Source of the DNA: Octopus sinensis
Taxonomy: Eukaryota
Direction: 5' to 3'
Length of the DNA stretch: 55,520 nucleotides
Assembly: GCF_006345805.1 (NCBI RefSeq)
Contig: NW_021833772.1
Location: forward strand, 1-55,520
A program made the translations under genes and the position numbers. The notes under the pieces are model-generated. The model was not told the DNA's origin, ran no database searches, and was given only the letters and a program-made list of their open reading frames with translations. This document shows positions 48,640 to 55,520 of this stretch, in pieces (the stretch's first letter is position 1; each line of letters opens with the position of its first letter).

Positions 48640-50560
48640 TTGAAGAATGAAGCAAGCTACTATAAAGACATTTTAAAAGTGGGGGTGAGAGCCAAATTTG
48701 AGAAGGAGGCAGAGAGGTGGATTAAGGAAGGTATTCTAATGTCTTGGGAAGAAGAAGTGGAGAATTGGGAGCTGCCACTAATAGCAGTTGTTCAACGAAT
48801 AAAGAATAAAGTCAGGCCAGTGTAGGATTTGTGGGAGCTGAATGACCATATAGCATGTAATACTGGTGAAGAGGCCATAAATGAATGGAGACAGATGGTG
48901 GTAGCTTCTATGGGTGTAGATTTGAAGTCAGCCTATCTACCACATCATGTAGCCAAAACATTTATCAGCAGGTGAAGTACAAGTTGAGATTTAGATTGAA
49001 CTGAGAGCCAAAGATCATGGCAACAATCTTCAGGGTGATATTGGGAGAGTTAAAATGAAAGGGGCCACTAAATCCTATAGAGAATCCTATTGATGAACAA
49101 GATGGTGGTGACAGCAACAAAAGTTGTGGGTCATCTAAAGAAGTTTGGGGTGGCAGCAAAACTAGCAGAATCTTTGGTAGGAAGGGTGGTATTGGGACTG
49201 AGGCTGAGGAAAGACAGGTAAGGAGGTGAGCTAGTGTTTCAGAGAGGAAATGGAAATCTAAGTCATCAAGAGCTGTTTACAATATGCAGGTGATTGGTGG
49301 GCCACTACCCTATCACTGGGTGACTATGAACTGCATGTAGATATGTAAAGAGGGGATCAGGTGGAGTAGGCTCGTGAGAGAAAGTTGGAGAGAAGACAAT
49401 TGCAACAATGAAGGATATCTAGGAGAGGGTGAAAAAGGAAAATCTAGTGAGAGGAAATTGAAATGTATCGAGTCTGAAAGGAGTGTTGGGTGGTGTGATG
49501 CTAGTAGCACATCAATGGGAGGGAATTGTCTTGGAAATAGGTGAAGTGGAAGGCAGAGGATAGAGGCTGACTTAGAAAGAAAGACAAATGCAACCATATC
49601 AATGTGGCCAAACTGGATGCCATGGTGAAAAGAACAAATATAGTTGTGAGATGTCCTAATCTGAACTGATTCAGTGACTGTGCTTGGGTGGATGGGATCA
49701 ACAATTACTTGTAAAAAGAGAATTTGAACAAAGAAGGTGGCAGAAATGATAGTAAAGTGACATCTGGAGACCCTAAGGGAGTTGATCAAGGAATCTGACT
49801 TGCAGCTGTGAATAGTTATTGTACCCTCAGGGAAAAATAAAGAAGATGTCTTGCTAGGGTGAGGAAAACCTCAATGGAAGTACCAGAAGATTTAGAGAGG
49901 CAAGTGACTGCAGTGTAGTACTCAAGGGACCAGCAGTTAGAGAGGAACCACAATATGCTTCATATGGGGTGGCCAGAACGATTGATTCTGGTGTCATTAG
50001 GGAGAATGTTTTGGAAGGGGATTAGAAGCTGTGACAGGTGTGTTAGGCAACAGACCCCACAGCAGGTGTGCATGAGAGGGAAGAGATTCGAATGAGAAGC
50101 AATTGGAAGCAGTCGGTGGAAGATGTGATACACCATTTGCAAGGGTTATTTCACCACGATGGAGTGAGGGTTTAGGTGAGTAACTATAGAGAGATTAGGG
50201 TAGAGGCTGGAAGATCAGGCACTAATTCATAGGAGAGAGATCATAGAATAAGCTAAACCATAGCTGAAAGAGAGTGTACCTGTCCAAAGGAGGTGGTGCT
50301 CTGCTAAAACATGTTGTTATGGTCAGGCCAGGCTGGAGTTGGTGCAGTAGATCTGTGTTATTGTATGAGTGGAGACATCCAAGTACAACTATTCAAACTG
50401 GAGGTGAGATTTATGTGAAGTTACCTGATGCGCTCTGTACATTTTAATAGGGGATGGGAAGGGCGACTGATGTTAAATCTCAGAATAATGCTTCATTAGA
50501 TGGGTTACAGCATCATATACTGGCTATCCATAGAGTGATCAGCATATTGAATGATGGAGC
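48640..50560 (+). mobile_element. Decayed LTR-retrotransposon pol (RT, RNase H, integrase order); no LTRs found
   Basis: PLIAVVQRIKNKVRPV..LN; VDLKSAYL; WCDASS; HINVAKLDA; TDSVTVLGW; HNMLHMGVART; SCDRC. Confidence 0.8.
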
Positions 50561-51120
50561 TAATGATGATGGACGAGAAAAATCCAAGGCCAGCTCTGCG
50601 AGTTCTACAGAGGTCACAGAGGGAGTGACATCCACGTTGTATATGTATCTGAAGAAGTAATACACTGCTGTGCATCAGAGTGCAGCAGTCCTTCAGGAAT
50701 GTCTTACCAAGCGTACACAGGGAATGAAGTGATTTAGATATTGGAAACAGGTGAACATCGGCAACAGAAAAGGCATCCGGTCGTTAAAAAAAATTGCGCC
50801 AATGAATTTCGTCTGCTCCATGCAAACATGGAAAAGTGGACATTAAAACAGTGACGTTAATAATTATATATAAATATTTGTTCTTCACACACACACACGA
50901 AAAATATGTGTGTGTGCGTGCGTGTGCCCTTGCCTCGTACCTGATTTTTGCCCCTGCTTCTGTCACCCTTTCCTTTCCCATAAAATGGGAAAATAAAAGG
51001 TTACAGAAACAAAGATTAAACAGTAAGAGAAAAATATCGTACATGTATACATACATATATATATATATACACATACACACATTTAGAAAGATAGAAGATA
51101 TATATATATATATATATAAT

Positions 51121-51210
<90 letters not shown>

Positions 51211-51908
51211 CATTATTTCACAAACAACTTTCAATTCCGGCAGTTAATCACCAACAATGACAGCCACTAGTCACATACGCCCTACCACATACATTTAGAC
51301 GTATACATACACACACATGTGTATGTGTACACACACACACAGGTGCTTGAAATAAGTTTGTTAAATTCTGACAGAAAAATCCGCCGCCACTTCTTCCCCG
51401 ACCTCCTCCGTTTCACGTTTAAACTGCTGTGGCACGAATTAATGGACGTTATTGTTTGTGGCACACACCGTTCACACAAACCAACTAGTAACAGGCCATT
51501 CCACCTTTAATTAGGAGGTTATTGCTAGGAAGACTCTTGAACATTTTCGTAGAAACCTAAAAGTATTCATTGTGTGTAGAAATATGAAAACACTGCGATC
51601 GAGCTGGGTCAACCACACACAACAACGTCTACATGTCGACTCGACACGATTCAAATAACAGACAAACCACAGACTCTCTTAAAGATATTGAATAATTTAG
51701 TCCTAGATACATTATGCCTGAAAAAAAAATGTAATCCTAATAATAATAATAATAAAAATAATAATAACAATAACAACAATTAATAATAATAGATCTCTAA
51801 TTAGGCACAAGGTCACAATTTTGGGGAGGGTGTATAAAATTTGATCATAGATTACTTGATAAGGGATGACCTAGGGCTAAACAACACAAATCTCTCTCTC
51901 TCTCTCTC

Positions 51909-51946
<38 letters not shown>

Positions 51947-52293
51947 GTATATGATATATATATATATATATAATATATACATACATATATACCTATATAA
52001 TATATATATGTGTGTATAATAAGTAAGCTAAGTATATAATAATGTGTAGCAGCAGCAGCAGCTAAAGTTGGTCAATAATGCTCCTCTTTCAGGTTACGGG
52101 CACTGTCCGAAATTATCCTTCTCCACCCTCGCGGAATTCTATTCATTTCTCCACACTCTGCTCTCTCTCTTCCTGCTCACTCACAAACCACAAAAAACCT
52201 CGATCACTCATTAAATTTGACAGATTATCCTTGATTAAAATATTCCATACACATACATACGCACACACATATGTACATGTATTGGTGTGCGAG

Positions 52294-52348
<55 letters not shown>

Positions 52349-52379
52349 TATATATGTGTGAATGTATGTATATATATAT

Positions 52380-52443
<64 letters not shown>

Positions 52444-53032
52444 CACATACATTAACACATGTATGTATATGTGTGGGGTGTGTGTAGGAAAGAGGAGAAT
52501 TATTGATTGGATTTTTGCATTAGTAGAAAAGAGAGTGTTGTGTATGTCTGTGTGTGCGTCTGCATTATCAAAATATTTGATAAAACTGGCATTACCTGCT
52601 ATAATGGTGGTTGAATATGTGGGAGATCCATTATTGAAGAAATGGTTACTATCGCGGTCTTGCCAGAGATTTGTTTATAAATTAATGCGCTTAGGTGAAT
52701 GTATGGAGGAGAGAGAGAGAGAGGGAGGAAGAGAGGGTAGGAAGATAGAGAGAGAAAGAGTGATAGGTAGAGGTAAAGACAGAGTCTGTGTGTGTGTATG
52801 TATATATATATATATTATATATATATATATATATGTATATATGGAGAGAGAGAGGGGGGAAACAAGTGTATGCGTACTGAAAATACTTCAGTGTATGTGC
52901 GCATATATACTTGTGTGTGTGTATGTGCTTTTAAGGATTCATTCGTTGTTTCTGTGTAACCCCGTATGATAACCTATGGTAATATCTAAAATGTCAGTGT
53001 GTGTGTGTATGTATGTGTGTGTGTGTGTGTGT

Positions 53033-53071
<39 letters not shown>

Positions 53072-53085
53072 CTTACTTACTTAGG

Positions 53086-53141
53086 TAGATAGATAAATAG
53101 ATAGGTAGATAAGTAGATAGGTAGATAGATAGATAGACAGG

Positions 53142-53192
<51 letters not shown>

Positions 53193-53209
53193 GTAGATAA
53201 GTAGACAGG

Positions 53210-53256
<47 letters not shown>

Positions 53257-53297
53257 GTAGATAAGTAGATAGGTAGATAGGTAGATAAGTAGATAGG

Positions 53298-53348
<51 letters not shown>

Positions 53349-53397
53349 GTAGGTAGGTAGGTAGATAGGTATGTAGATAGATAGGTAGACAGACAGA
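53086..53397. repeat. Compound (GATA)n/(GGTA)n tetranucleotide array
   Basis: Direct inspection; it generates the YLSI-repeat ORFs. Confidence 0.95.
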
Positions 53398-55013
53398 CAG
53401 AGTATGCACACATACGCTTATAACATTAGACATGTTTTCTGTATCTCATCCGTGTTTATAACGTTTAATAGACATCCACATCACACGCACACACACACAC
53501 ACACACAAACTTTATTTCTAGTGAAATTTTAAACAATGTATTTTACATGTATAGAGCACATACATACGTTTGTGTGTGTGTAACTATATTGAAACCCGAG
53601 TTGAACTGTTAAAACCCTCTTCAGACGGTTATATATCTATTTACAGGTGGCTCATAACAGCACTTCCTTCTTCACGCGGAAATTCCCTTCATTTATTATT
53701 GAACTCGCATATTTTACTTTTAATGTCTTCCCAAGACCACAAAACTGGGATTTTATAGAAATAAAAATACTTTTGTCAGGTTATAACAGGAAATTTTAGT
53801 AAAGGTGGTGGGATTTGGCTGGAACCATAATTGTTATTACCTGGGGCAACCCCGATTGAGCGGAATTTTCGTTAAAGGATATTCAAGTCGTGATTTTTTT
53901 TACAGGCATAATGTATCAAGGGCTACAATATCCAATGTATTCTTTATTATTTTTTTTTTGTCAAGATACGATGATGCGATATGAGGGAGATTTGGTTGCT
54001 ATTTCTTGCAGAGACTCGTTTGTACAATTGAGAAGTGATCCACGATTTAGTAAAGATGTAATCAAAGGCATTCCAGCCATGACCATCTCTTTATTTTTCA
54101 ACATTATGCCGCAGATTATATTATCCAACATCTCGGTCAAGAATGCGATGTGCTTCAATTGCTACATGTAGCGCACTTGTGTGGTCCTGCTCCCACATAA
54201 CCCATAGTCCCGCTTATATTATTTCCCGTTGCCTTTCGAAAACCGTTTGAAATCTATTTCGAAGACATATTTGGGGAGAACTTGGTGAATTCCGCCAATA
54301 ATCGACAATACTTCGTGCCAGCAACGATACCTTCCAGTAAATCGTGCGATAGTGTAGTCTGGATTCTAAGAAGGATTGTTGTCAAGCGTTCCAGCAGTGG
54401 CTACCCTGTTTTATTTGCAGACACACAAATATACTATATTGATACACACAAAGACACTCATAAGCGCGCGCGCACACACACACACACATACACATACATA
54501 CACACACACTAGCAGTCCAATGAAGATCAACTTTTTTCCAATATAGATTAAAACAAAAGATTTGGAAGAATTAGAAGTAAGTTTTCTGGTAATTTTCTTT
54601 CAAGTAAATAAATGTTTTGTGCTAATTTAAAAATTTGCCAGCAAAATCTTATAAATTGACCATGTTCTAAAAGTTGTTTGAGTTTATATGTTATATATGA
54701 AAATAGAAATGTTTAAAATTGTGAAGAAAAAAAGGACAAGAGTTAGGCGGGGGAACAACAAAATGTATTAGTTTGACGATAAAGAAAAATTGAAGGCTCT
54801 GAACTTTCGAGCCTACTCTCTTCTACAGAAACGATGTCCTGTGCCCATATATGCATATGAATATACATATATATGTAAGTATTTACATTTATGTGTAATA
54901 ATACCCTCTATACTATAATATATATATGTACATATATATATATATATAATATATATATATATAATAATATATATATATATATTTTAATTTTTTATTATTT
55001 ATTATATAGAAGG

Positions 55014-55064
55014 AGCTTCTACAGGACTAGAACTGTTTCATTCAAGAGAAATCATCAGGAAGCT
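55014..55064 (-). ncRNA. Type I minimal hammerhead ribozyme candidate
   Basis: AGCUUC-CUGAUGA-U[UUC ucuu GAA]U-GAAA-CAG(uucuaguc)CUG-UA^-GAAGCU: all core bases present, GUA triplet, stem I 6 bp. Confidence 0.7.
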
Positions 55065-55520
55065 AGTTAACAAGAATTGTTTTGGCATTTATACATTTAG
55101 GCAGGTTTAAAGGGGTGGTGGTGGGGGACTTTTTTGGGGGTAGGCATAGCACAAAAATATCATACTTAGGGGAGTGGTCAAGGAGTCAGTGGTAAAGTAG
55201 ATAAAAGAATAAATAAAAGAATAAAAAAATAAAAGAATGAAAAAATAAATAGAAGAATAGAGTTTTAGGTAAATAAGGAGACTCTCACTTATACATATAC
55301 ACATATGTATATATATATACACACACACACATATACATACACACATATACATACACACACATATATATATATATACATGTATATATACACACACGCCCAC
55401 ACATACATATACATACAAATATATCATAACACACATACACATACACACATACACACACACATTATACATACACACATGCACACACATGTCCATATATACA
55501 CATATATACATATATACATA

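Noticed and set aside
54282-54512. ORF MVNSANNRQYF...
   Set aside because: Short, runs into a (CA)n tract, no recognisable domain on either strand.
1280-55511. Numerous ORFs of poly-I/S/L, YI, CV, HT or YLSI repeats
   Set aside because: They are translations of microsatellites.

Overview
Repeat-dense, AT-rich animal genomic DNA. The SINE, RTE and microsatellite complement looks like octopus (coleoid cephalopod); this is inferred from family resemblance, not a database search. No host gene can be named. Recognisable protein homology is all transposon-derived: L1/Tx1, R4/Dong, CR1-type and RTE LINEs, Penelope-like elements (PLE), pogo transposase remnants and an LTR-retrotransposon pol. The window also holds about 10 tRNA-derived SINEs, three non-autonomous Helitrons with canonical ends, several foldback (long inverted repeat) elements and many microsatellites. 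Most listed ORFs are microsatellite or antisense-TE artefacts. A few splice-site-bounded open frames are weak orphan exon candidates. The most notable signals are two complete type I hammerhead-ribozyme folds (39954-40006 on +, 55014-55064 on -) plus degenerate ones in PLE-like non-coding repeats beside (AT)n tracts, a near-identical 425-bp direct-repeat element next to one of them, long foldbacks that could form dsRNA, and a 55-bp perfectly identical island shared by two otherwise diverged RTE relics 25 kb apart. All folds and alignments were done by eye.
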